Source of the DNA: a virus
Lineage: Duplodnaviria > Caudoviricetes
DNA length: 26,613 bases
Virus record (IMG/VR): IMGVR_UViG_3300014839_000035
Coordinates: 1 to 26,613 of that record
Direction: 5' to 3' (one strand)
Shown piece after piece: positions 1 through 8,748 of this stretch. A program made the translations under genes and the position numbers. How positions within the stretch are numbered: the stretch's first letter is position 1; each line of letters starts with the position of its first letter. A model generated the notes under the pieces. It saw only the letters and a program-made list of their open reading frames with translations, ran no database searches and had not been told where the DNA came from.

Positions 1-1002
1 CTGCGATACCGGCGTTCCGTCATCTTCCGGGCAAGTATTCACTTCAATGACCGGAATAAACATATCAAGCAAGTATGTTGACGCACCCAGCGTCGGGCCG
101 TTCCATTCAACTTCAAGCGCCTTCTGTGTCCGCGCCGTTGCAATGGTGTCCCAATTGATAATGGAGGTGTCTTTGCGGGCATTAAGTTCACATGTTACCG
201 CTCTTACTCCCCTCGTCCAATCATTGATAATACCACACCCGCCAGCCCGTAACTTGTCTTCCATTGACATCCCGTTGTTTCCGGTGATTGTCAAAGAATT
301 AATCAGGGTTGTAATATCAATCAGGTTTGCACCCAAATCTTCAGCTGCCGCTCCTATACTGGAAGCACCAAAGGCAGGCTCAAGAGAATCAGCAAGCCAT
401 ACACTTGTTGATTTCACATTCACAATCGGTTCTGCAAATGTATTATCAAAGCCACTCGAAAATGTGCCAGTAGGCAAAACGGTTATTACATCCGACGCTA
501 CATAATGGCTATTTGCCCACCCTGTAAACGTCGCCTCAATCTGTCCGTTTCCACCCTGAAAGGGCATGGTGATATTGAACTCATTTACCACTGCACCGGC
601 GTAAATCTTGTTTGTAACACCGTCGCCAAACTGAAAGCCAAAGGTGGGAAGTTCAAGGCTGCCCTGCTTCAAATGATACAGGGTATGGAAATAAGTAGAG
701 GCGTATGTGTCGGCTTTTCCCATGAAGAAACAAAGCAAGAAACCAATCTCTCCAGGTCTATTTGTCTTGTAACTCCACGGCGTTGCAATAGTCATTAATC
801 GCGCCTTTTTGCCAGCCTCACCGCTACCGAGTTTTCCCTTGTCGCTTTCAACAACGCGGGTGGGCGCGGGAAGTGTCATTGTACCCCTGCCCTCAAATCT
901 TGCCCCATTTACTTTATAATTTTCTGGATGGTTTTCTTGTCCAGTTTTTGTCTCTTTGTAGGTGAAAAACACGCGAGACCCCTTGCGATTTTCTAAACCC
1001 AT
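1..1002 (-). CDS. Putative major tail (tube) protein, 3'-truncated by the window edge; absent from the ORF track
   Basis: Hand translation from ATG at 1002 (GGAGG upstream) gives 334 open codons: MGLENRKGSRVFFTYKETK...LPTFGFQFGDGVTNKIYAGAVVNEFNITMP...INSLTITGNNGM.... It is G/T/S-rich with beta-strand patterns and follows the neck and terminator genes. Confidence 0.7.
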   Translation of the reverse strand, partial: MGLENRKGSRVFFTYKETKTGQENHPENYKVNGARFEGRGTMTLPAPTRVVESDKGKLGSGEAGKKARLMTIATPWSYKTNRPGEIGFLLCFFMGKADTYASTYFHTLYHLKQGSLELPTFGFQFGDGVTNKIYAGAVVNEFNITMPFQGGNGQIEATFTGWANSHYVASDVITVLPTGTFSSGFDNTFAEPIVNVKSTSVWLADSLEPAFGASSIGAAAEDLGANLIDITTLINSLTITGNNGMSMEDKLRAGGCGIINDWTRGVRAVTCELNARKDTSIINWDTIATARTQKALEVEWNGPTLGASTYLLDMFIPVIEVNTCPEDDGTPVSQ

Positions 1003-1022
1003 AATTCCTCCCTGTTAATAAA

Positions 1023-1511
1023 TTATTTCAAACGATTTATTAAAATTCTGATAGCTCCCGAACACTCGGCCGTAACAATTCCATTATCCTTTGTCACTGA
1101 AATGGCGGCATCACTTCTTTCTGCGTCAAAAACCTTACCCTTCACGTCTGTATAAAATGAGGTAAACATTGTTCCAGTGTAAAACTCATTATTAATAAGG
1201 CATTTTATTTGCTGATCCACCTGATCTATCACACGAAATGCCGTCTCTGGAACAACTGCCAATCCATCTATGCGAAAATTCAAAACAAAAACTTCATCGC
1301 TGTTCTGTGTCCGTACCGCCGTTGTGGGATTGTCGGGTGCCCAGATAAAAAGCTTATAGGGCGAATTTATGTCCACGGCGGCATTGATAAATAATATCGG
1401 GTCGCTCGTAATGACCTGTACGAGTTTGGACGGACCGTAAAGCGTAGTTGTATCAGCCTTGAGGCAATCAGCAACCATCGCCGCCACACCGTCACGATTA
1501 AGGATATTCAT
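1023..1511 (-). CDS. Putative tail terminator/completion protein
   Basis: 162 aa, located between the neck gene and the tail-tube-like gene. Function is inferred from synteny only. Confidence 0.5.
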   Translation of the reverse strand: MNILNRDGVAAMVADCLKADTTTLYGPSKLVQVITSDPILFINAAVDINSPYKLFIWAPDNPTTAVRTQNSDEVFVLNFRIDGLAVVPETAFRVIDQVDQQIKCLINNEFYTGTMFTSFYTDVKGKVFDAERSDAAISVTKDNGIVTAECSGAIRILINRLK

Positions 1512-1512
1512 A

Positions 1513-2037
1513 TTATTTACTCATATATGAAGCAAAATCTCTCAATTTTCCCTCAATAAAATCAATGGACATTTTAAGCATCTGTTGTAAATCGGTATCA
1601 TTCCAAAATAGAAATCTACGTTGCGGGACATTGTCATCACCCACTTGATGCACGCCTGGATATGGAAAGCCTTTCTTGCTTTTCACATCGGTGCCATATT
1701 CCATGCCCTTGCCTTTTATTTTCACAGACATTTCACTCGTTAAACTATTCATCATTTCGCCCGTTCTCACAAGCGGCCTATCAGCCGCAACCGCTTCACC
1801 CTTCGACATTAGATTCCGCTTCTGCGCGATTGTCTCAATTTTTAACGGATTCCATTTTTCCCCGCGTACCCCAGTTGTATCCGGCCTAACCCCAGAAAAC
1901 ATTTGAAACGTTACGGCTTTACTATACCGCCCAAAGTTTTTAAGTAATGGGTAAGGGTTATTGAGTGCCTTTAGTTTTGTTTCGATGTCCCGCAATAATG
2001 CGGTATTATCAACGGTAATATTCAATCCGTTACCCAT
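1513..2037 (-). CDS. Phage virion morphogenesis (neck) protein, Mu gpG / P2 gpS-like
   Basis: Motifs GEKWNPLKIETI, RPLVRTGEMMNSL, YGTD and YPGVHQVGDDNVPQRRFL match this family. Confidence 0.85.
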   Translation of the reverse strand: MGNGLNITVDNTALLRDIETKLKALNNPYPLLKNFGRYSKAVTFQMFSGVRPDTTGVRGEKWNPLKIETIAQKRNLMSKGEAVAADRPLVRTGEMMNSLTSEMSVKIKGKGMEYGTDVKSKKGFPYPGVHQVGDDNVPQRRFLFWNDTDLQQMLKMSIDFIEGKLRDFASYMSK

Positions 2038-2693
2038 TACAGTAAATCAATTCTTTTTAAAATATCAAGCACACCCATACTCTTATATTTCATATAATCC
2101 CTTTGATCGTTTCGATAAGACCTGGCATAATAAAGCGTACCCTCCATAGTTGTTCTATTTGTAAGAGCCGTAAAATACCAACCGTCTTCATAGTCGCCGC
2201 TATAATATCTGCCACGATATATTAACCAATCCCATCCATAACTCCAAACTGTAGGAGGCGATGTGTTACTTTCTAAACGGCATTGCGGATGTTGTGGAAG
2301 TATATTTATATTACGCGCTATCAACATTCGACCATGTGAATCCAGTGTAAGAACAATCGAATGTATTGTGGGTTCAATATCCAATTCATTTAGAAGTTTT
2401 TTATAATAATTCAAATCATCCTGCCAACTTTTCTTTTCCGCACCGTCCCTGTAAATTTGCCCAATTCCCATATAATACAAACATTTTGCAATTTGCCTGC
2501 AATAATAAATGACAATACCGGGCGCTTGCGCGTACCCGTATACGTCAACTTCTGGAAATGGTAAATAGTGAGAAGCCCAGGAATTTACAAGGGAGGTAGC
2601 TTCAACGGTTGCGTTCGTTAAAACGCTATTCGTATCAGCGGCATCGGCAGGAAGGATATTTTTAAGATGCGTTACCGAAATTATTGTTCCCAT
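2037..2693 (-). CDS. Putative head-tail adaptor (Mu gp36-like N-terminus) with C-terminal extension
   Basis: Pattern 'EATSLVNSWASHYLPF...PGIVIYYCRQIAKCLYY'. First gene after the capsid block. Confidence 0.55.
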   Translation of the reverse strand: MGTIISVTHLKNILPADAADTNSVLTNATVEATSLVNSWASHYLPFPEVDVYGYAQAPGIVIYYCRQIAKCLYYMGIGQIYRDGAEKKSWQDDLNYYKKLLNELDIEPTIHSIVLTLDSHGRMLIARNINILPQHPQCRLESNTSPPTVWSYGWDWLIYRGRYYSGDYEDGWYFTALTNRTTMEGTLYYARSYRNDQRDYMKYKSMGVLDILKRIDLL

Positions 2694-2716
2694 ATTTTCC
2701 CCGTAAAAGTTTAGTG

Positions 2717-2744
2717 AAAGCCCCCGGTATTATCCAGAGGCTTT
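2717..2744 (-). terminator. Hairpin / probable intrinsic terminator after the capsid block
   Basis: On the minus strand AAAGCCTCTGG-ATAATA-CCGGGGGCTTT, just after the stop at 2767. The U-tract is short. Confidence 0.6.
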
Positions 2745-2766
2745 TCAACCGGTGAAAAATACAGGT

Positions 2767-3186
2767 TTAAGCTTTCCTCGTCAACGGATACGCCTTGACG
2801 CTCGCCGTAATACTGCCAGCGGATGCTACGATATAGGTGACAACCCGTACCTGATAATCATACGGGTTATCAACTATGATTTCGAGATTGCCAACAGAAT
2901 CATTCGCACTGCGTCCAGTCAGTTCCTTTGCACCACCCGCAAAGAGAGTACCAATTTCGTAATATGTCGAAGTGGCATCCCTCGTGTTTGCTTCGAGTAC
3001 CATGAGATAAAAATCATTCGCACCGGCAAGAGTCATGGCGGTAATACCGGTAACAATACGATATTTACCCTTGCCAAGTTCAACAGCCGTTTCAACGTTT
3101 TTTGTAGTCGCATTGGTAAGAGCGGCGGAAGCTTTGAGAGTCGTCCCGCCTATCTTTCCATCAGGTGACCATGTTGCATATCCCAT
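2767..3186 (-). CDS. Putative capsid cement/decoration protein
   Basis: 139 aa, Ala/Thr-rich and beta-strand-like, lying between the capsid gene and the terminator. Size and position resemble BPP-1 Bbp16-type cement proteins. Confidence 0.55.
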   Translation of the reverse strand: MGYATWSPDGKIGGTTLKASAALTNATTKNVETAVELGKGKYRIVTGITAMTLAGANDFYLMVLEANTRDATSTYYEIGTLFAGGAKELTGRSANDSVGNLEIIVDNPYDYQVRVVTYIVASAGSITASVKAYPLTRKA

Positions 3187-3201
3187 ATTAAACTCACTTT
3201 C

Positions 3202-3417
3202 TTATTTGATGTTTGAAACACCGGAACCGCGTGGAAACGGCCCCGGATCAGTATTAAAATTCTTTTTCGATTGTACCTGTATTGGTTTATCATTAGGCTT
3301 ATAAACTGCAAGTTCCAGTTTTTCAAACCGTGTTAAAATATCTTGCAAAGATATTTCTGTTTTAATTTCGGCTTTTGCCTGTCCTTCGGCTTCCTGTTTT
3401 ACAATTTCATCTGCCAT
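3202..3417 (-). CDS. Hypothetical protein, head module
   Basis: 71 aa, AGAGG upstream, fills the gap between the capsid and cement genes. Confidence 0.65.
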   Translation of the reverse strand: MADEIVKQEAEGQAKAEIKTEISLQDILTRFEKLELAVYKPNDKPIQVQSKKNFNTDPGPFPRGSGVSNIK

Positions 3418-3435
3418 AAAATAAACCTCTTTTGG

Positions 3436-4392
3436 TTAGAGTGAATTTGCAAGATAACGGATTCGGCCTATGCACCTGATGGCGGTAGGGGCGAAACCGA
3501 GATAATATTTCATCCTGGTATATGTATAATTCGTACCGGGAGTAGCCTTTACAAGCTGCGGAATCGGTGCACCATTCGCTCCAAGTGTTGTATTGGATGA
3601 ATGATAAAGAGCGCCTTCCATACCCCACGTTACGATATACAGCGAGCACGATGTTGGTGTAGTTGCGTAATCAGGTTCCACAACGGAGAACAAATTAGCA
3701 TTTTTGCCGTCACTTGTAGGGATAAGTGGAATGCCGTTGTAGGCCATGGGCACCTGGCCGACTTCTGAACGGGCAGACTGTACAAAATAACCAGCCGAGG
3801 CGTTGCCACGGTTCAACTGCCATATTTTTCGTATGACAATAGGATTTGCGTGAATCTGCGTAAACGGAGTGATAACCATTTTCGAGATAAGCTCATCAAG
3901 CATATCAAGCGAAATGACAGCCTGAGATGATCCGCTTGCATTCACTGTCTGGCCTGAAAAGCCAGAATCATTATCAAGCCAATCCTTGATACCGCGAAAA
4001 TCTGCACCGCCTGCGCCCTGGAAGGTGTCAATATAAGCTTTACGCGCAAAGGATTTCATCTGCATGATTTCCTGTGCCGCTACCGATTTGGGAAGATTGT
4101 CCTCTATGTATTCGTCCACTTGGATTTTTCCGCCGTAAGCCTTGACTTCGCTCGAATAGGGTTTTACATTGCCCTGCGTCGAATCGAAATCAGCACCGAC
4201 AAGGCGCGAACCCGTCGAACCTGTATACGGGAGATCGTCTTCAACATCCCATGAGTAAATACGGTCGGAAGGAACGATAGGCGCAACGGCAAAATTAGGA
4301 TACGCTTCCGCGTATGTGCCAATCAAACCGGTTGCGTAAGACGGTTTTTCAAGCTTTGCAGCTTCAATCAGGGTAAGTTCTTGGTCAGCCAT
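3436..4392 (-). CDS. Major capsid protein (HK97-fold type)
   Basis: 318 aa, AAGGAG RBS. Contains LTLIEAAKL, EDDLP, YGGKIQVD, FRGI, SLDMLDELI, YNGIPLI and a terminal IGRIRYL. Follows the scaffold gene. Confidence 0.88.
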   Translation of the reverse strand: MADQELTLIEAAKLEKPSYATGLIGTYAEAYPNFAVAPIVPSDRIYSWDVEDDLPYTGSTGSRLVGADFDSTQGNVKPYSSEVKAYGGKIQVDEYIEDNLPKSVAAQEIMQMKSFARKAYIDTFQGAGGADFRGIKDWLDNDSGFSGQTVNASGSSQAVISLDMLDELISKMVITPFTQIHANPIVIRKIWQLNRGNASAGYFVQSARSEVGQVPMAYNGIPLIPTSDGKNANLFSVVEPDYATTPTSCSLYIVTWGMEGALYHSSNTTLGANGAPIPQLVKATPGTNYTYTRMKYYLGFAPTAIRCIGRIRYLANSL

Positions 4393-4410
4393 AAGTATTC
4401 TCCTTAAAGT

Positions 4411-5160
4411 TTATTGTTGCGTTCTCATGGTTCTAACCATTGACTGAAATCCAACTCGATTTACATCATCCGCACCTGTCGAATTTGCTCTATCCGTTTG
4501 TGTCCCGGTGCCCTTCGCGGGTATGCCGGAAACAAGATTTTGATTATCTTTTGCAAACTGTTCGACAACCTGTTCAAGCGTTGCCGCTAAAGGATTCCCC
4601 GCCGCATCTTTAAGCCTAAAACGGCGTTCAATTGAACCATCTTCTTTGCGAACAACAGAAGCATACCCTTCAGTTATCAGGGTGTTTAGAGCGAGTTTTG
4701 CGCTATTATCAACTATTTTCTTTCCACCAAGTTTCTCAATAAGGTCTTTACGCATTGTGGCTTCCTCACTTCTCAAATCAGCTTCAAGCCTTGCGGTTTT
4801 CTCTTTTTGGTTCTCCAAAATAAGAGCGTCAACCTTTGCTTTGGCATCTTTCGCGTCCTGTATGGCCGCGTTTAACTTGGCTTCACCTTCCTCGTTCATA
4901 CCCTTTTTGTCAATCTTGGCCGTCTTTTCCTTTAGTGCCACAATCTCAGCATCAAGGGCTTTCTTCTGTTTTTCCCATTCCTCTCTCTGCGTGGTCAAAT
5001 CCTTGTTTGCGTTTTGAATCTTGACTGCATTCTCGGCTTTTTCGTAAAGCGTTGTTGCAATCCAGTCCAGCATTTTAACCTTTTTCCCTTCGATTTCTAC
5101 GGGATACTCGGTTTCCGCCAGCTTTTCTTTGAGCAAATTATAAACAACTGCGTCTAACAT
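4411..5160 (-). CDS. Capsid scaffolding protein
   Basis: K/E/A-rich coiled coil with a C-terminal 'AKGTGT' tail, immediately upstream of the capsid gene. Confidence 0.8.
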   Translation of the reverse strand: MLDAVVYNLLKEKLAETEYPVEIEGKKVKMLDWIATTLYEKAENAVKIQNANKDLTTQREEWEKQKKALDAEIVALKEKTAKIDKKGMNEEGEAKLNAAIQDAKDAKAKVDALILENQKEKTARLEADLRSEEATMRKDLIEKLGGKKIVDNSAKLALNTLITEGYASVVRKEDGSIERRFRLKDAAGNPLAATLEQVVEQFAKDNQNLVSGIPAKGTGTQTDRANSTGADDVNRVGFQSMVRTMRTQQ

Positions 5161-5223
5161 AAATCCTCTTTCCTTTGGGATTTCTCGCCCGAAAGTCCGT
5201 CTCCGGCGAAATGGTTTGAACGA

Positions 5224-5373
5224 TTAAGAAACATGATTTATTTCTTTCTCTAACGAATCAAGTCTTGTTTTAAAAATGAAATAAGGCTTTCCTGGTGTTT
5301 GTTTAAATAGCACAGTTGAACCGTCTTTGGTTTGTATTTTTTGTGGTTCCTTATTTTTCTTTTTTGTGCCCAT
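5224..5373 (-). CDS. Small basic hypothetical protein (probable start 5373)
   Basis: MGTKKKNKEP..., 49 aa. The ORF-track extension to 5430 runs through a hairpin and is less likely. Confidence 0.4.
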   Translation of the reverse strand: MGTKKKNKEPQKIQTKDGSTVLFKQTPGKPYFIFKTRLDSLEKEINHVS

Positions 5374-5374
5374 A

Positions 5375-5413
5375 AATAAAAAACCCCACTTAGATTTTAC
5401 TCTAAGCGGGGTT
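5375..5413 (-). terminator. Intrinsic terminator-like hairpin
   Basis: On the minus strand AACCCCGCTTAGA-GTAAAA-TCTAAGTGGGGTT followed by TTTTATTT. Confidence 0.7.
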
Positions 5414-5481
5414 GTGTAAAACACGCGCAACCGCTAAAAAGTGCTATTGGGCTTTCCGGTTAAAGAACGCCTTATAAGACC

Positions 5482-5510
5482 AATATATGTTATTTAATTA
5501 AAAAAGTCAA
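5482..5510 (-). promoter_or_regulatory. Sigma70-like promoter upstream of scaffold/capsid genes
   Basis: TTGACT (5510-5505), 17 bp spacer, TATATT (5487-5482). Confidence 0.65.
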
Positions 5511-5516
5511 TAGTTA

Positions 5517-5672
5517 TTATTTATATTCTTTTTTAGCTCTTTTTTCAACCTGTATTTTACCAGCCCCCCCATCACGGGAATTTATAACAATCACCGTCTG
5601 CCCGGTAAATTTTTCAGCCTCATTCTCGTCCATTTCTTTTTCAACGATAGTGTGTATTGTTTCTCTGTCCAT
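5517..5672 (-). CDS. Small hypothetical protein (51 aa, possibly DUF2292-like); absent from the ORF track
   Basis: MDRETIHTIVEKEMDENEAEKFTGQTVIVINSRDGGLVKIQVEKRAKKEYK*. TAATG coupling to the upstream stop, with GAGG upstream. Confidence 0.65.
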   Translation of the reverse strand: MDRETIHTIVEKEMDENEAEKFTGQTVIVINSRDGGAGKIQVEKRAKKEYK

Positions 5673-6553
5673 TATTCCTCTGCTTTTGCACTATTCAATA
5701 ACCGCAATTCTTTTGCCGTGGTTAATACCGTCTCTTTGAGGTCATATTTGAATGACTTTTGATCTGGGAACATATCGGCTGAAATAGATACGGGTATCAG
5801 TTGACACATACAGAACGATCCACAAATAGTTCTTCCATCTCCTGGCAATCCAAGGGTTTGCCAATCATCCAAAGAAAGCACCTTCCCCCCGCGTTCTATG
5901 CAGTCCGGGCAAGGCTTGGCGCTAATGGTTATCCATTCCCATTCCTCGTTAGGGTCGGCGGCCTGCCGGTACTCATCAAACGATTTGCTCTGCGCCTCTC
6001 TCCTGGCCGCCGCAATAGCCATTTTTTCGCTTGCCTTCTCGAATTGTGCCGTAAGTCCCACATTGTCCTTGCCCGCACTCATGAGTTGCTCTAATGTCTG
6101 CTGGTCTGTAAATCCTGCTATTTTGGCGTTCATTTTGTAAATTTGCATATCGGCCTTTAAAATATTGGTTTCCTTTTCGAGCGACATTAGATAAACAGCC
6201 ATTCTGTCCCGCGCCTGCCTGTCAGTCAACATAGTAACAAGTCGCTTCTGGCGTAATGACTCCATGCTTAATTCTTTACCTGAGATAAACCGCTCTAAAG
6301 CTTTTTCTCCCATTAATGTACCAGCGTTGCCGGAGCGCTTCACTACTACGGCAAGAATTGTCTGCAATTCTGCTTTGAGTTTCATCAATACAGCAGGATC
6401 TTCATAAAAAGCTTTCATTGCAGCATATTTTACGATAGTGGCATGGATAGGATTATTGCCAGTCTGGTCCCGGAGCGTTATTTCCAGCTTTTGCAGACTC
6501 CTCAAATATTCTTCTATATTTTCCAAATCGGCAAGGCGTGTTTTTGTAGGCAT
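5672..6553 (-). CDS. Minor head / head morphogenesis protein (SPP1 gp7 / MuF-like)
   Basis: C-terminal WEWITISAKPCPDC...LPG...CGSFCMCQL Cys motif. Probable start MPTKTRL at 6553, 2 bp after the upstream stop. Confidence 0.8.
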   Translation of the reverse strand: MPTKTRLADLENIEEYLRSLQKLEITLRDQTGNNPIHATIVKYAAMKAFYEDPAVLMKLKAELQTILAVVVKRSGNAGTLMGEKALERFISGKELSMESLRQKRLVTMLTDRQARDRMAVYLMSLEKETNILKADMQIYKMNAKIAGFTDQQTLEQLMSAGKDNVGLTAQFEKASEKMAIAAARREAQSKSFDEYRQAADPNEEWEWITISAKPCPDCIERGGKVLSLDDWQTLGLPGDGRTICGSFCMCQLIPVSISADMFPDQKSFKYDLKETVLTTAKELRLLNSAKAEE

Positions 6554-6555
6554 AT

Positions 6556-8748
6556 TTATTCCACAAAATAAGGGGTAATGCAATCGGACATATCGCGTTC
6601 GCTCAATGATGATTTTACACCTACATGCTGCACCAATGACCTACCTGTAACGCATACAGCAAATTTCCGCGTCTCATGTGTTTGGCTCCAATGGGCAAGA
6701 AGGAAATCAGCAAGGCAGCATTCCCGCCCGTCCTCAATACTGTTTTCCTTGCGGTATTGCGCCCAGAACTCGCGGCTTATAACCAAACACACCGCCCCGG
6801 CGTGGCCTGATTCAATGGCTACATACGGGCGTACAGAAGGGGTGCGCAAATTGTAAAGGCTCAAAGTTCCCCAGTCAAGCCCCGCCCTATACATCGCGTC
6901 AACCGCAATCATGGCATTATAATACCAATCCTTTGAAAATTGAATATCATCCTGGCACAGTATCATTTCCTTGTCTTTGCTATTCAGGTACATATACTCA
7001 ATAGCTTTTTTTGTAGCCTTGAAAGGTTTATGCGTCCTGCCAAATTCAATCACGTTCGTTTCTCTTTTCAATCTATCTATGACTTCCTTGTGTTCCGGCT
7101 CCGTGCTTCCATCGTCAAATATGAACAGTTTTTTTTTATCAATCGAAAGAGTTTGATTTAAAGATGCAATAGTACCCCTGAAATATCCCGCCCGGTTATG
7201 TGTGAGAATACCTATGGGAATATGGGTATTGTATTGCTTCCTGATATTAGTTATTATTTTTTCTTCATCTAATTCTAACAAAGCCCTGTACTCAAATAAT
7301 TCACAAACATCAATGCCGATATATTTATAATGATTAAGCGTTTCACTTAAAAATATTGACTCACGGCTTTTAAATATTGTTTGTTCAATTCCATCTTTTG
7401 CAATATCTCTGTTTTTACAAGTGCGGCTTATGATTGTATTTCTTTTTCCAGTTGGTGCGTGCTCATGTTCTATGTGTCCCAATGTATGATTTATTCTTTC
7501 AAATTTTACCCGCGCATTCATTTCATTGTCTTCTCCTCCCCACCCTATGTAAAGATTACTAAAACCATTGCATTTCTCAAATTGCTCACGGGTGAATACG
7601 TTGACAGCACCAAAGCCATAAGGCCGCCTATCTGTTTTTGTAACCGTATACCCTAATGCAGTTTCTTTTATTTGCGCTATAAATACCCACGGGCAAAAGG
7701 GATTATTTAATATTTGCATGTGATAATCAAAATCAATCGTACTCATATACCGTATATCTACATCCTGAAATACCACAAGATCACCCATTGATTCCTTGTA
7801 GCCAAGATTAAACAATTGCCCCCGCTTGAAATCTTCTTTTCCGTCCTGTTCTACAATGATTATTTCCTTGTCAATATCACCGTAAAACTCATTTATATTA
7901 TCTATGCACCCTTGTAATTGCGCTTTACGTGACGCGTTCATGCATACAATAAACGACACCTTTTTATATTTTCGTATTGATTCAATGTCGTAATATCCAG
8001 CTTTTGACGGTATGCCGTTTTGTATTAAGTGAAGATTACACTTGGCGTCCGACATATACCGTATCCAGCATAGAGGAGTATATATTTTTGACGCATTGCT
8101 AAGAAATGCAGCCCACCAAGAGAATGATGAATTGCCAATGATAACTCTATCAAATTTCATCATGTAGTAAAAATCACGCGCCGTACTGTTTGCAATTCTG
8201 TCCACATTGTTTGTATCAGAAACTATCTCGTAATTTATCCCCTTGAAATGATCGAAATATTCTTTCCATTCAGGTTCATCCGTGACTATAAATAATTTAT
8301 CATATTTTTCTTTTTTCAGTATGTTCAAATAATAATCAGGGTGAAGGGCATTCCCTTTCTTACCATAAAACTTATAATCGCCAAGCCGTATGTGAGCAAC
8401 AATGTTTTTCTTGTCAAGTTCAACAGGTGAAGAATAAAGGAAAAAGGATTTGATTAAATCCCTATTTTTAAGGTAGTATTCTGAATGTTGCCAGTACCCT
8501 GTAAGGTGATACCCGCAATCTTCAAAATCTCTTTTTAGAATATTGTCATAGGAAAATTGATCGTTTATAGTATGCTTTATTTTTTCATAATAGCGGTATT
8601 CCTGCTGTCCGGTTATTCCAATTACGTCAGTGACATCCTTACTTGGCTGTGTTTTGAGGGCAAGCTTTAATTTTTCAGAGACAAGGCGGGCAAAGACATA
8701 TTGAAACATCCTATTGCCGAACCCGCCGCCCTGGTCATAGGTAATCAT
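6556..8748 (-). CDS. Three-domain glycosyltransferase: GT11 (alpha-1,2-fucosyltransferase-like) + GT7 (beta-1,4-galactosyltransferase-like) + GT2-like
   Basis: GT11: GGFGNRMFQY, GYWQ, HIRLGDY, NSSFSWWAA. GT7: FKRGQLFNLG, FQDVD, NGFSNLYIGWGGEDNEM. GT2-like: ILTHNR, FDDGST, LCQDDI, VQHVG. Confidence 0.9.
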   Translation of the reverse strand: MITYDQGGGFGNRMFQYVFARLVSEKLKLALKTQPSKDVTDVIGITGQQEYRYYEKIKHTINDQFSYDNILKRDFEDCGYHLTGYWQHSEYYLKNRDLIKSFFLYSSPVELDKKNIVAHIRLGDYKFYGKKGNALHPDYYLNILKKEKYDKLFIVTDEPEWKEYFDHFKGINYEIVSDTNNVDRIANSTARDFYYMMKFDRVIIGNSSFSWWAAFLSNASKIYTPLCWIRYMSDAKCNLHLIQNGIPSKAGYYDIESIRKYKKVSFIVCMNASRKAQLQGCIDNINEFYGDIDKEIIIVEQDGKEDFKRGQLFNLGYKESMGDLVVFQDVDIRYMSTIDFDYHMQILNNPFCPWVFIAQIKETALGYTVTKTDRRPYGFGAVNVFTREQFEKCNGFSNLYIGWGGEDNEMNARVKFERINHTLGHIEHEHAPTGKRNTIISRTCKNRDIAKDGIEQTIFKSRESIFLSETLNHYKYIGIDVCELFEYRALLELDEEKIITNIRKQYNTHIPIGILTHNRAGYFRGTIASLNQTLSIDKKKLFIFDDGSTEPEHKEVIDRLKRETNVIEFGRTHKPFKATKKAIEYMYLNSKDKEMILCQDDIQFSKDWYYNAMIAVDAMYRAGLDWGTLSLYNLRTPSVRPYVAIESGHAGAVCLVISREFWAQYRKENSIEDGRECCLADFLLAHWSQTHETRKFAVCVTGRSLVQHVGVKSSLSERDMSDCITPYFVE

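Noticed and set aside
47-798. Plus-strand ORFs 47-505 and 505-798
   Set aside because: They are antisense shadows of the open minus-strand tail gene (1002 to <1), which has a good RBS and fits synteny.
7129-7137. A9 run in the triple-GT gene as a phase-variation or frameshift site
   Set aside because: In frame (KKK), and similar runs occur elsewhere in this AT-rich DNA (e.g. 18636-18644).
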